DNA from: the human T2T-CHM13v2.0 reference genome, Homo sapiens
DNA: 64,000 bases
Strand: one strand, 5' to 3'
NCBI RefSeq assembly: GCF_009914755.1
Contig: NC_060947.1
Shown piece by piece: positions 13,083 through 27,385 of the stretch (positions within the stretch are counted from its first letter, which is position 1; every line of letters begins with the position of its first letter). The notes below the pieces were generated by a model. That model was given only the letters and a program-made list of their open reading frames with translations. It searched no databases and was not told the DNA's origin. Both the position numbers and the translations under genes were made by a program.

Positions 13083-14262
13083 CTGCCTGTGCGCCCTGTG
13101 ATGTTTTTGGTTCTTTTATATTTCACACATATTCGTGGGTGCGTGCACATTTTTGATACCAGCCTTGTGGTTTGTTTGGTAGTGGAGGCCTTTAAAGTCT
13201 GACCAGCTTGGTTGTGTGGCATCTTTTAGTATTTTTTTCCCTTGAGTTGTTTTCTCCTTCACAGCGTTCGCCCTTGTTGTCAGGGAGGCCTTCTGTGGTG
13301 GGAGTTGGTTTAAAAAATCAGTTTTGAATTCGTAAAAACATTAGGAAATCCTACATCTTGTGCTCTTTCTGCACTCGACAGTCGCTCTAGCCTCTGAAGT
13401 GGTATCTCATTTGCCCCTTTCAGAAATTTCTTTTTCTATTTCTATGTAGGTCATTTGGTTTTCAAAAAATTTTCACAAGTAATTTTTCACTGCTGACTTT
13501 AAATCGCTATTTCCCATGTAGATTAACCTTACTGAATAGATGCTGCTGGGGATCTGCTAGCCAAACGCATCTGATCAGAAAAACTGTATTCACAGAATTT
13601 GATTTCCCATACTCAACTTCCAACTCCCATTGCCCCTTACTGGATACCATAGAAGAACCATGGTTCTCTGGATTTAAGTTTGTTTTTGAAAGAAAGTGGT
13701 TTCCATTCCATATTTGAATGTAGTGACATTCCGCTTAACCTCCCTGACTCCCAGTAACCACAGGAATGGAATCTTTTGTGGTGATTACATCCCAACAGAG
13801 TTAGCTCTAGCGATGTTCAGCTGGTACAGAATTGTCAAACTATTAGGATTCCTGAACAATCTCTCAATGATAGAGAGTAATTGTTTTGTCTCACAGTACC
13901 ACCTTTTCTGGGTGCCAAATTAAAAGCTCTCACGTTTGCCTCAGTACTTGCTTGAAGTCAGGAATCCCATCTAGAATAGCTAAATCTCTCTTCTGGACCT
14001 TCCGCTGTTCCCCCAGCCATGTCTGACATTAGGTAGAAGGAAAACCTATTTTGTGAAGAGGGTATTCGAATGAAAAGATCATTCCTAATTTCTAGAGCAA
14101 CCTAGACTATGTCATATCTCTTAAACATTATTGACAGGTATTGGGGTCCCTTAACTTTTTTTTTTGAGATGGAGTCTTGTTCTATGGGTCACTGTTACGC
14201 ACTTTCTATTAAGAAATTTTGGGTTTCGCTATGTAAATTCTAGGTTCCTCTTCTGGATTTCA

Positions 14263-14665
<403 letters not shown>

Positions 14666-16102
14666 TTATTCTAAAAAAAATTTGAAGACGACATGTTGGA
14701 GTAAAGGTAAGTTTGGTTGCTTGATACAGAATTTGCTCTGGATGGTTAACATATTTTCTAAGAAACCTATGTTCTGTTGATCAGGTCACCTTTGAAAGAA
14801 GTAACCCTGAAAGGGGTGAAAGGTGGCCATAAATATTTTTAAGTCCTGTAGAAAATTGATAAAAATTGAAGTGTGTATGTGTAAGAGCTTGTAAAGAAAC
14901 AGCAACATTAGAGGGCCCTTGTGGGATAGATGGTTTAAAGGGCTCTGATGCTGGAGCTGCTCCTTGTCTCACTTGCCTTTAAGTGGAGTTCAATTGTAAG
15001 AAAAAGCATGTCCTCCCTCCATAGTTGTTGACTGGGAAAAGGGAGATTAGAGCTTACAGCACTAACAGCTGGCCAGAGTTTTATTTTTCAGAGTTCCTTT
15101 TGTGGAAGCATCAGTCAAAACAAATATTCTCAGCATCATTCTTGTATTGCAATCATCTTTCTGAATGACTGTTGGCCTATTAGAATATGGACTTTTTGAG
15201 GACTAGGACCCAGACTGAATCCTCCCCCATATCCTCAGAGCCTAGAACAGTGCCTGAAATTTGGAGACATTTGTCTTTGATCCACAGATTAGAAATGTCT
15301 ACAAGTGTATTCCCGATTTCTGAGCTTCATAATGTACCTGGGACAATCTGTTATTCCCTCAGGCTCTCATCTGGCCTCACAGTGAAACTGCATTCGATAA
15401 TTCACTGAAGGCTTTTCCAATTCAAAATGGTTGATGAGCCATAGTAGGTGCTCAATAAGTATTTGTTGATTAGAGGAATGGATGAACCAATAAAACCCTA
15501 TTAATAAGAATTTTTCTTTTTAGGTGAATGGCATAGATGTTGTTCAGATTTACTTTGAAAGAATCAAGTATGTGAATGGATGGATGAATGGAATTGTGAA
15601 GCACAGATGAGCTCTTTCACACTCCAAGGACACAGCTCATCCTATGCTTTTGGACACTTCTTCCCTGTTTATTACAATGACTATTCTCCAGGTTGTTGCA
15701 CTACCGCTGTATCTGTACATAATTCTAACTTGGCACCTGTGGCCTTTTTTGTGCTCTTATGTGTCTGTATTTCCCGGCAGAGTATACGCCCTTGAATGCC
15801 AGGAACTTGTTTCCTTAGTCTTTTTTATATATCTAGCATATAAGATATTGCTTAGAATATGGTAGACATCACTGAAGATTTGTTTCAGTAGTTCATATTT
15901 TGTAATGATACTGAATGGTTAAACAATCCCTTTCTAATCTGTCTAGCATATATGTGACTTTTGTTTATCAAGTGTCACACAACTGCTTCAAGGCAGCTGT
16001 GAGATACTAGAAAGCAAAAATTCTTACTCCTATGTCTGTGTCATCCCAGATGTGTGCCTCCAGATGGCAGTATACTACACTATCTGTAAAATATATTTGC
16101 AA

Positions 16103-16212
16103 AGCCAGGCACAGTGTTACGCGTCTGCCTCAGGAGGCTGAGGCAGAAGAATAGCTTGAGCCCAGGAGCTTTAGTCTAGCCTGAGCAATATAATGAGACT
16201 CCGTCTCTTAAA
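16103..16212 (+). mobile_element. Alu monomer (FLAM/FRAM-like) in the 3' UTR
   Basis: 'gccaggcacagtg...ggaggctgaggcagaagaatagcttgagcccaggag...gagactccgtctc', flanked by the TSD-like sequence (a)atatttgc. Confidence 0.8.
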
Positions 16213-16299
16213 ATATTTGCCCAAACATTGAACCTAAATTTGACCATGCCCCTAGAAATAATTCCTAATCTTTAGAAAATAGGGCAGAGAAACATTATT

Positions 16300-16810
16300 T
16301 TACACCATGGAGATGAGATCAGCAGAATCCAGACTATAAGAAACTACAGGACACATGACCTAGTTTCTTCTGTAAATAACTTGCAAGGATGAAAGATGGA
16401 GGATGAACCTATAGATTTAAAGAGACTTAAGAGACATATTAACCAATTGTTAATTGGATCTTATTTGAATTGTGATTTGACCGAACTGTAAAACGAATAC
16501 ATTTATGAGACAATCGGGGTAATTTGAACATTGGTGGGGTATTTGGTATTAGAATAATGGTTTTATCATTATGTTAGAAAGAAGGGTCCTCATCTACATT
16601 CTCAAACATCTGTGGCTGATATGATATGATTCTTGGAATTTGCTTCAAAATAATAAGTCTGGATGTTAAGTGCATTGGAAATATTGATGAAACGAAATTG
16701 GCCTTGATAATTGTTGAAGCTGGGTGATGGCTAAAATGATGGTTCATTATATATGTTCATCTCTATTTTTGTATGTTTGGCATTTTCCGTAATAAAGTTT
16801 ATAAAAATAA
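16300..16810 (+). mobile_element. Old L1M (L1MC/MD/ME-type) 3' end inside the NUDT10 3' UTR
   Basis: 'aatccagactataagaaactacaggacacatgacctagtttcttc' and the terminal 'gggtgatgg...ggttcattat...ctatttttgtatgtttggcattttccgtaataaag' resemble old L1 3' ends. Confidence 0.7.
16791..16796 (+). terminator. Polyadenylation signal AATAAA, probably used by NUDT10
   Basis: Canonical hexamer with a U-rich upstream region at the end of the L1M fragment. Confidence 0.7.
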
Positions 16811-17777
16811 TTACTGGAGTTATTCTTATTAAGCCTAATATATAAGGTAGAAAAAAAGGAAAATATTTAGATTGTTTAAAAAAGGTTGGCTGTGGCATAC
16901 CGCTTCTGGCCCAAGGGGTCAAATGCCCAAAAAGAGAAGGGAGAAATACCCTGGAGTGGCTAGCAGTTCCCTTGCTGTAGACCAATGTTAGCAGTTTTTT
17001 CTTTTAATTTGGCCCATTGAAATAGGAAAAGCTAGATTCTTATTTATTCATACTAGAAAATAAGAATGGATTCTTATATGCTGTTGAGCAGGGGTTTTGA
17101 TAACACCTACATACCAGTTCATACAAATGTGAAAAATCAAAGAGGTGGAGTCTCCAAGGAGAAAGTTTATGGAATTTTATAAAAATCTACATAAGCCACT
17201 TTTTGAATAGTTTTTAAGGGAACAATAGCTGTAAACTTGTTAGCTGCACATAATTAAGTTTAAAGTTATATTTGAAGGTAGGTAAAAAAGGAAATTAAGC
17301 AGTTAACATTCCTGACTTCAGTGGACCATTTTGCATTTCACAGATTGCAGATACTCCTTCAGTTCTGGACTGTGCTTAAATTTCTGCAAAGGCTAAAATT
17401 CTGTAAAGGCTGTGCTTACATCAACAAACATGGTGTCTGTCCTGATGTTTTTGTGAGTCAAGAAGGAACAGGCAGAAAGTGAGAAGAGTATTAAAGGTCC
17501 CTCCTAGGGAAGATGAATTCCTTCCTAAGTGTGAAGTACTGAAGCTGAAGCTGCCCCTTCTACTTCTGTTCTTTAAGTGTGTTCCAATCCCAAGAGCAAG
17601 CAACTCCCCAGAACCAACTGTTACTGGGAAAAGGGGAGGTGAAAAGTTTACCTTAGAGCCCTTTACCAGTCATAGCTGGACAGAGCTTTCAGTTCCAAGA
17701 TTCCCCTGTGAGAAGGCACCATGATATACCAGAAAAACTTTCATCAAGTTTTCCCTGGAAATTGTTTTCTAATTTGA

Positions 17778-18093
<316 letters not shown>

Positions 18094-18354
18094 AGCAGAT
18101 TTTTTTTTAAGTTTAGAGGCAAGCAGAGCCAGGGAAGCTGTAGTTTGGTGGATGTAAATTAAAACAATTTAGTGATTCGGAATCCAACAAGCTATAGCTC
18201 AAAACTGTCTTGACCAGAGGCTGTATGGCCTCTGCCAGATTAGTTTACCTCTCTAATTTTCAATTTTCTCATCTGTAAATTTGCGGTAATTACAGTCCCT
18301 ACTTTTGTAAATCACTGCTTCTGAGAAGCCCTTCTTGATATTTTTTGAAATAGT

Positions 18355-18647
<293 letters not shown>

Positions 18648-19263
18648 CTGTTTTGTCATAGTTCTTATCAAAAGTATACTTATTAGCCTGAATGTCTCTG
18701 TCTTCTTAATTCTGAGGTCCACTAGCTTTGAGAGCCAGACTGGGTTGTCTCTGTGTCCTGAGTCGGGCACAGAGCCTGGAATATGGCATCCCACAGATGT
18801 TCCTAACATGTTTATTATATAAATGGTTGCCACACCTCCTACTTGTGAAAAACACATAGCTATTATTTTGCCAGGTATTTGTTTACCTGAAAATATGAAA
18901 AATGAGATACCGTAAGACTGTGATCTCTGATCAAGTTTCTCTTTTAAGTTTCCCTTTATTGGGAAGAATATTTCATCTATAAACCATGCCTTTATTTTTC
19001 AGGATTTTCCAGTACCAATATATTCCTGACTTCTTAGCTTCATAAAGGACTGTGTGATATTCCCTTAGGTGCTAAATTGGCCCACAGCTGCATTTGATAA
19101 TTCACTGAAGGCTTAAAGCTTCCCAAATACAAATGATTTAAGAACATGGTAATCCTTCAGTATTTATTTAATGTAAGAACCTTTGAATGAACACAAGTAT
19201 CCTAATTATTTTAATTTACAGGTAAAAAACATAGACAGCAATTAGGATTATTAGGATTATATG

Positions 19264-19794
19264 GTAACAAGCTCATATAGACAAGGCTAAAGCCTGACTG
19301 ATTTGACTGGTAAAAATACAAGGAACCACTTTTAGATTGAGACAGTTTAGTACTTACATAAACAGTACAAAGAATGAACCAAAGAGGCCAACTCCCCAGG
19401 TCCTTGTCTCATATACCCTAAAAGACAACAAAGAAACAAAAGGGGCTAGATGACTATAATGCAAGTTGAGGGATACTCCCTGGCTGAGGAGCCAAATCTA
19501 TACTGCGGCTGAGTGGCTATATATTCCGCAGCTCTATTCTAAAAGGCACAGGAAAGAAAGCTCCATACCTCATCAGAATCTGGTAAGTGATGAGAAATTC
19601 ATTCAAGACAGCCTCTCAGGAGAGAGAGGGAAGTGACTGGGAGAAGGCCTTATAGCAGCTCCTTACAGCCTCTGATCTTCTTGTGTTCTGGGAGGATCAC
19701 AAAACAATTAACCAAAACTCAGATTAGCTGCAGTTCAAGCCTACATGGATATATGCAAGGGTGCCAGGCCATCATGGAGGAGCCATTCCCCTAC
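19264..19794 (-). mobile_element. 3' LTR of an old class III ERV
   Basis: Diverged direct repeat of 34648-35183. On the minus strand it begins TGTAGGGG and is preceded by the polypurine tract GAAAGGAGAGTGGAGT. Confidence 0.8.
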
Positions 19795-19851
19795 AACTCC
19801 ACTCTCCTTTCATATATCCACCTAAGGATTCTTTTTACAAACATAAGCCAC

Positions 19852-20263
19852 CTGTTGTGGCCACTCTAAAGATACAGAATGGACCCCATGCAAAATTTGG
19901 TTTAGATATCAAGAGCGATAATGCTGTATATACATCAACAGGGTATTCAAAGGTTTATTACTCGCATAATGAGGCTCTTTTGGGAGAGCAAGGCAGGCTT
20001 CCAAAGCTGATCTGAAAATGTCTTGATAGAGCTAGGAAAGGAGACTAGCTTACAGTTTTTATGGTGGTTAGGGGTGCTGGGGTGAGGGTTCCAATGTGCA
20101 GCTGGGGACTTGCATGGTTTGAAACTCCTTTCAACAACAAAGGAGAGAGCACCCAGGAATTTCATTAGCTTGTCCAAATGCAGGGCTTAAGGAGAACTGA
20201 GGTGAGGCTTAGATGCTGTCAGCAAACATCCAAAAAAAAAAAAAAGACAGCTTCCTTATTACA
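19852..20263. mobile_element. Probable solo LTR inserted in the ERV internal region
   Basis: TG...CA-bounded segment with LTR-like 'ggtttattactcgcataatgaggctcttttgggagagcaaggcaggctt'. Family uncertain. Confidence 0.45.
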
Positions 20264-20599
20264 ATTTACTCCTGATGTTCGAGAAATAAAATGTACTACG
20301 TTTTTGTAGTTGAATTCAAACAGATTTAAATAATCCATTATGGTGCTCTATGAGGTCTGTAGCCTGATACCTGTAAGAAAGATGAAAGTTCCATCAACTG
20401 TCTCATTCTAGAGCTCAGCATTGTGTATTCTGGGAAGTGAAATGAATGTCTTGGTGGCAATAAATGGCATCTGGAACTCTAACGGCAGTAACGAGTGTCT
20501 TAATGAGGCCTTGTATTATAGTTTTATTATATGTAAAGGCATGTATGGTATTGACTTATATTTTGGTATCTGTGAGGCAAGAGATTCCCAGAGTTCCAT

Positions 20600-22450
20600 A
20601 CCCCAAAAAAGACACTGGATAAGGAATTTCTGTTGCTGCCATTGTCCAAACCAGACAACCATATAATTGGCAATAACCTAAGGGTCTAAATACTTACAGA
20701 GGGGGTCAATTAGTGACCCAGGCATCCACTGCTAAGATAATAGCCTGAAGTTTGGCCAATTGTACTGATCCTTGGGTCCAGTTCTTTATCAGAGACATCC
20801 TAACTAAGGGATAAAAAAAAAAACAGCAACAATCCACTGAGCTCCATTATGTGTGATTATGACAGTGTATCCATAAAGTGGACAAACTCCCATTATTCTT
20901 CATTCAGTTGATTCTACAGGGGTCCCCAAGTAGCCAAAGGGTCTGGTAGAGGGGTAGCCTCATCCAGCACCATGGCATCTGGCAAAGGACTGAGGACAGG
21001 GGAGGCCATCTCCACCTGTAAGTGTGATATGCCAGAGGGCCCAGGTTTGGTTCCTTCCTGCAACAAAGAGACTTTGGTGGCTGTGATTAGTTTGTAGGGT
21101 GCTGCTTCCAAGACCCAGGGCATAATTAGCTGGAAATGGAAGGTCATGAGCTGAGTGCCTATGAAAGCCTCTATTTCCACAAGACCCCAGTATGTATCCA
21201 GCAGTTGCCACTCTAACAATATACAGCATAAGACCTACGAAGGCAGTTTCTTGCATCAGAAGGTCATGGACAACTCATGGCCATCATGGATGGTACAAGG
21301 ACTCCGAGAGGCATTAGAGGAGGATGCTAAAGCCTCTACAGTGAAGAAGTCTCAGGGTGGGCATGGCACTAATATGGTTGAAAAAATTCTAGAATATTTT
21401 GCTGGGAGGGGGTCCCACTCAAGGTGGGCCTATTTTGCAAGTAATGGCATAAATGGGCCAAAGTAAAATTTGTAAGTGAGGAAAATGTTGCCTCCAGAAC
21501 CCACAAAGGCCTAAATATGTTGGGCAAGCTTTAATGTTGACAGGCATGGAATGCCCTCAGTTTACCAATATTCAGGAATTTAAACAAGGTGGCAAGGCTT
21601 TGTGCCCTGTGTGGGGCAATGGTCCATCCCCTTTTTGTGAGCTCCTTCTTAGAATATTTGTATGTCCTGAATGAGTTTTCTAAAGAATTCTCTTAGAAAA
21701 GGATGCCATCAATGTGGTGTCATATCTGTGCTCCTGGAGCAAGTTAGATGCAGTTAAGGTCTTGCCTGCAAAGACTGTGTGAGATAGCAGAGCTGTTGAG
21801 GTACCCTCTAAGTAGCCAGGTAAAGGTGTACCATTTCACTTTGGAAGGGAAGGAAAACGGGCTGAGAGGCTATTGAAATACACACTAAACAGAATGTATT
21901 AGCCAAATATACAATAGCAAAACATTTATCAGTTGCTGATTGGAGTCAATAATTTCCATTGTAATCATAATTAGGGGGTCTAATTACTGGGACCACAGCA
22001 TAAAGGCTGTGGTAATTCATCAAGAAGTCTCATTCATTCTTTCCAAGTTTAGGAACGGGCCAAATTAAGCTGTTAAATGGAGAAGCATTGGATATAATCA
22101 CCCTCCCTCTTCTCTAAATAGGCCTTGTAAAATGGGTTGCAATCCTTTGAAGGCTCTGCCTTGAGCTAAGAGCCATTGTCTTGTCAATGTCTAATTGACA
22201 CTGGGCTCTCTTAGCTCTGTACATTGTGGGGGAGTTTTTCATGGAGGCCCATTTCTTCAAGTCAGTTTGTAAATGCCAAAGACTCAATCTAATTTTGATT
22301 TATTATTTAATGAGTCTGAGAGTCCATGCCCACTATACAATATTTTAGGGCAATGGATGCTATAACTATGGGGAATTTAGTCAAGACAACAATTATGATG
22401 GTTAAATGGAGGCATACATTTTGTCCTCTATTTTATATTCAGTAACTACC
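20600..22450 (-). pseudogene. Decayed ERVL-class pro/RT/RNase H region of the outer provirus
   Basis: Minus-strand translation gives RT-like 'HHIDGIL' (about 21705-21725) and tether-like 'LEWQLLDTYWGLVEIEA' (ORF 20914..21219). Many stops. Confidence 0.7.
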
Positions 22451-22472
22451 CTAAGATTACAGGGCTACCACG

Positions 22473-22831
22473 TGTATTAGGGTTCTCCAGGGAAACAGAA
22501 CCAATAGGATGTGTATACATATATAGAAGCAGATTATAAGGACTTGGTTCATGAAATTATGGAGGCTGGGGTGAGTCCCAAATTTGCTATGTGGACTAGC
22601 AGCCTTGAGACCCAGGAGAGTTCATGGTACAGATGAAGTCCAAAGGCAGTCTGTTAGAGTATTCCCCCTTGCTCAGGGAGGTCAGCCATTTTATTCTATT
22701 CGGGCCTTCAGTTGATTGGCTGAGGCCCATTCATATTGTGGAGAGCCATCTGCTTAGTCAAAGTTCACTGATTTAAATATTAATCTCACCCCAAAACACC
22801 CTCCAAGTTGACATATAACATTAACCATCAC
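22473..22831 (-). mobile_element. MLT2-type LTR (3' LTR of the nested HERV-L)
   Basis: Starts 'tgtattagggttctccagggaaacagaaccaatagg' and ends 'gttgacatataacattaaccatcaca'. Confidence 0.88.
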
Positions 22832-24175
22832 AAGTCCACCCCTCGTCAAATTGGCAACCATACACATCTTAAACCATACTTTATCCCCTCAAAAAGACAA
22901 TAACAAGGCCATACTTTCTACTTAACATGATACAACTCTCCTGCATGCAATGGAAAGTGAATAACCTTTTCCCCAGGAGAAGATGCAAAGTCTTTGCATT
23001 TAATCTCTTTGATAGCTCATAAGTTAAATACTATGATAACAAGTTCATGCATCTTGTGTTACATGAAAAGGAGATAAGATAAAGAAGAAAAAGATATTTG
23101 CTACACACACACACACACATGCACACACGCATGCAAACACAAACATATAACAAAATAAGGTGGAAATACTCATAGTGATTGCCGTCTTCATTTCTGTAAC
23201 TGGTCACATAGTAGTAGCTGGTATTTATAATTACCTTCTTCCACTACTGATTATGTATTTCCTTTGCCTTCAGCAAACACCTCACCTGGTCATAGTTCTT
23301 TATTTGGTAGGGTGACCCAAACCTTCATTCCTAAGGACATTAGTAGTCTTACTTCAATTAGGTTGTTGAAGTTTACCATTGATTTTAATTACAAGACATG
23401 GTAATACTAAGAGATGCCCTGGCGGATCCTCCTATATTGCAGACATACTCTTCCTTATCTCCTTTGAGGAATAGCAATCTGATTTCCTTAGTAGTCAGAA
23501 TTACTCCAGCTATCAGAGTAAGTCCTTTCTTTACTTGTTGATTCAAAGTCATGAGGATCCCAAAGTGGCCAGGTGGCAATCTTAACTTCCAGATCAATGG
23601 AATAATTGTATCTTCTGGTGGAAGCATTCCTCCCTTTGGGCATAAGACCTCTAGGCCAGCAGAGTATAAGGTTGTGGGGAAAGGAAGCAAAAATTTTGCT
23701 AGTAGGTCACAAGGCTTGTTTACTGAGTGGTGTCACTCCCATTTCCCTTCCTTGATTACTGGACCTGTGAATCCTGGCTATTGGAGAAACAGCACCATAT
23801 ATTGGACACTGATTCAGTGCATATATATCCTCCTGGAGAACATTCCTCTAGCCCTGCAAGGTATTGTCACTTAGCATGCAATCTTCAAAAGGTCACTCCA
23901 CTGTTCTGTCAAGCCAGGTACTTCAAGATGATGGGGAACTTGGTAAGAGCAGTGAATTTCATGAGCGTGAGCTCATTTCAGCACTGCATTTGCTGTGAAC
24001 TTAGTTTCTTGATTAGAAGCAATACTGTATGGAATGCCATGACAGTGAATAAGGCATCCTTTAAGTCCACGGATGGTAGTTTTGCAGAAGGACTGTAGGT
24101 AGTGAAGACAAACCAGTTTCCAGAGTAAATGTCTATTCCAGTAAGAATAAAATTCTGCCTTTTCATAATGGAAGT

Positions 24176-24596
24176 TGCTATGGTTTCAATGTCTCTCCAA
24201 AATTAATGTTGAAACTTAATCCCCAATGTGGCAGTACTGAGAGATGGGGCCTTTAAAAGACAGAGCCCTCATGAATGGATTAATTATTCATTCATGGATT
24301 AATGGATTAATAGGTTATCATGAGAGTGAAACTGGCAGCTTTATAAGAAGGGGAAGAGAGACCTGAGCTCCATGTGAGCACACTCCTCAGCTGCCTCAAC
24401 ATGTGTTGCCCTGCACCACCTTAGGCATGTAAAAATAACCTCTACAAGAGTCCTCACCAGCAAGAAGGCTTGCACCATATGCAACCCCTTGACCTTGAAC
24501 TTCTCAGCCTCCATAACTGTAAGAAATAAATTTCTTTATATATTACCAAGTTTCAGGTATTCTGTTGTAAACAACAACAAAAAATAGTCTAACACA
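24176..24596 (+). mobile_element. MST/MLT1A-type MaLR solo LTR
   Basis: TG...CA ends with 5-bp TSD GAAGT (24171-24175 and 24597-24601). Confidence 0.88.
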
Positions 24597-25649
24597 GAAG
24601 TAGTCCAATGTAACCGACCTGCCATCAGGTAGACAGCTGATCACCCTAGGAAATAGTGCCATATTGGCAACTTGGTGTTGGTCTCTGATGCTGGTAGTTT
24701 GGGCACTCAGCAGCAGCTGTAGCCAGGTCAGCCTTGGTGAGTGGAAATCCATGTTGCTGAGCCTGTGCATAACCTCTATCCCTGCTGCCATGGCCACTTT
24801 GTTCACAAGCCCATTGCATGATGATGGAGTTACTGGGAAAAAAGGCTGACTGGTATCCACAGAACAGGTCATCCTATCCACTTGATTATGAAGATCCTTC
24901 TATACTAAGGTCACCCTTTGTGAGCATTCACGTGAGATGAAATATCTTAACATTTTTCACTCAGAGAAATCTATCCACATAGCTGTTTCCCAACTTTGCT
25001 TATCACCAGTTTTCCAATCACATTCCCTCCAAGTCCCTGACCATCTGATGAAAGCACTGGCTACGGCCTGTGCATCAGGATGTAATCCCATGTCTGGACA
25101 TTTCTCCTTCCAAGAAAAGTGAGCAAAAAGTTGTATTCCTTGTAGTTCTGCCCGCCGGGTAATTTTCCTTCACTAATGTCCTTCAGGGATGTTCCAGGAC
25201 GGGGACGTAGCACTACAGCTGTCCATTTTTGGGTGATGACTGCATATCACGCATAATCATCTGTAAACCAGGTCTGAGCCTTCTCTTCCTCTGCCAACTA
25301 ATCATAGGGTATTTGTGTCTCCAGGGCCTGCTTGGGCATAATGTTATTTACACACACACACACACACACACACAAACAAACAAACCACTTCCACTTCATG
25401 GAGTGCTGCTGTGCACACCCAACTTGATGACCTAGTGGATCAAATAACACTCATTTTATGAATAGCAGTTCAGGTCCCATGGTAACTTGGGGGCCCATGG
25501 TTAATTGTTCAGTCTCTACTAAGGCCCGGTAGCAGGCCAAGAGCTATTTCTCAAAAGGAGAGCAGTTATATGCAGAGCATGGCAGGGATCCTCTCCAAAA
25601 TCCTAAGGGCCTGCACTGTGATTCACCTATAGGGGCCTGCCAAGGGCTC

Positions 25650-25993
25650 TGTAGTAGTCCATTTTCATGCTGCTGATAAAGACATACCCAAGACTGGGCA
25701 ATTTACAAAAGACAGAGGTTTATTGGACTTACAATTCCATGTGACTGGGGAGGCCTCAAAATCGTGGTGGAAGGTGAAAGGCACATCTCACATGGTGGCA
25801 GACAAGAGAAGAGAGCTTGTGAAGGGAGACTTCCATTTTAAAAACCATCAGATCTCGTGAGACTTACTCACTATCATGGGAACAGCATGGGAAAGACCTG
25901 TCCCCATGATTCAGTTACCTCCTACTGGGTCCTTTCCACAACACATGGGAATACAAGATGATATTTGGGTGGGGACACAGCCAAACCATATCA
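25650..25993 (-). mobile_element. THE1-type solo LTR
   Basis: 'gctgctgataaagacatacccaagactggg...ccaaaccatatca' with TSD GGCTC. Confidence 0.92.
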
Positions 25994-27021
25994 GGCTCCA
26001 AACAGCATCTCTATCTGCCACTGTCACTTCAAGCACCATTGGATCTGCTGGATCACATGGCCCAAGTGGCAGAGTAGCTTGCAGAGCAGCCTCGACTTGT
26101 TGTAGAACCCTGAGTTCCACAGTCAAGCAAATTAACATGCCCATCATCTCAATTTTGTTGTTGTTGTAATAAAGGTACCTAAAATCTACTTTCTTCACAA
26201 ATTACCAGTATATGATACAATATTATTAACTATAGTCCTCATGTTGTACACTAGATGTGTAGACATTCATCCTACATACCATAACTTTCTATTATTTGAC
26301 CTACATCTTCTCTATGTTCCTCTTTTTTCATTGCTGGAGGGGCCAGATGCAACAACTTATCCTTCACCTTAGAAGGGATATCTTGACATGTTCCACACCA
26401 CTGGACCCCTAGAAATTTCACTAAAGAAGGCCCCTGAATTTTTGTCAGATTTATTTCACAGCCCCTGGCATATTAATGTGTTACCAATAAGTCTAGAGTG
26501 GTTGCTACTTCTCATGCACTAGGTCCAATCAGCATAATATAGTCAATGTAATGTACCAGTGTGATTTCTTGTAGAAGAGAAAGATGATCAAGTTCCCCAC
26601 AAACTAAATTATGACATAGGGTAGGACAGTTGATATACCCCTGATGTAGGACAGTGAAGGTATATTCCTGGCCTTGACAGCTGAAAGAAAACTGCTTCTG
26701 GTGGGCCTTACAGACAGGTATGAAGAAAAAGGCATGTGCCAGATCAATAGCTGCATATCAGATGAGATGTGTTAATTTGCTCAAACAATGAAACCACACT
26801 GAAACAGCAGCTGCAATTGGAGTCACCACCTGATTAAGCTTATGATAATCCACTGCCATTCTCCAAATTCCATCTGTCTTCTGCACAGGTAAGATATTTG
26901 AGTTGAATTGGGATGTGGTGAGAATCACCACCCCTGCATTTTTTCAAGTCCTTAATGGTGGCACTAATCTCTGCAATCCTTCCAGGAACATGATATTGCT
27001 TTTGGTTTACTATTTTCCTAG

Positions 27022-27385
27022 TGTATTAGTCCATTCTCATGCTGCCCAAGCGTGAACTGCCCAAGGCTGGGTAATTTATAAAGGAAAGAAGTTTAATTGT
27101 TCAGTTCCACATGGCTGGGGAGGCCTCAGGAAACTTACAATCATGGCAGAAGGGGAAGCAAACACGCCCTTCCTCACATGGTGGCAGGAGACAGAAGTGC
27201 CAGCAGGGGATATGCCAGATGCTTATAAAACCATCAGATCTTGTGAGAACTATCACGAGAACAGCATGGGGGAACCACCCCCATGATCCAATCACTTCCC
27301 ACCAGGTCCCTCCCATGATATGTGGGGATTATGGGAACTACAATTCAAGATGAGATTTGGGTGGGGGCATAGCCAAACCATATCA
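27022..27385 (-). mobile_element. THE1/MSTA-type solo LTR
   Basis: 'tgtattagtccattctcatgctg...ccaaaccatatca' with TSD CCTAG. Confidence 0.92.

Larger units (their letters stand above)
15524..16810 (+). other. NUDT10: NUDT10 terminal exon (3' UTR)
   Basis: Starts at a strong acceptor and ends just after AATAAA at 16791-16796. The cleavage site is inferred. Confidence 0.7.

Noticed and set aside
15489-15494. AATAAA at 15489-15494 as the NUDT10 poly(A) signal
   Set aside because: It lies inside the intron, about 30 nt before the acceptor. It could matter only for intron-retaining RNA, and I have no evidence for that.
23385-23690. A stand-alone dUTPase gene
   Set aside because: It is the normal post-integrase dUTPase of HERV-L, and it is degenerate here.
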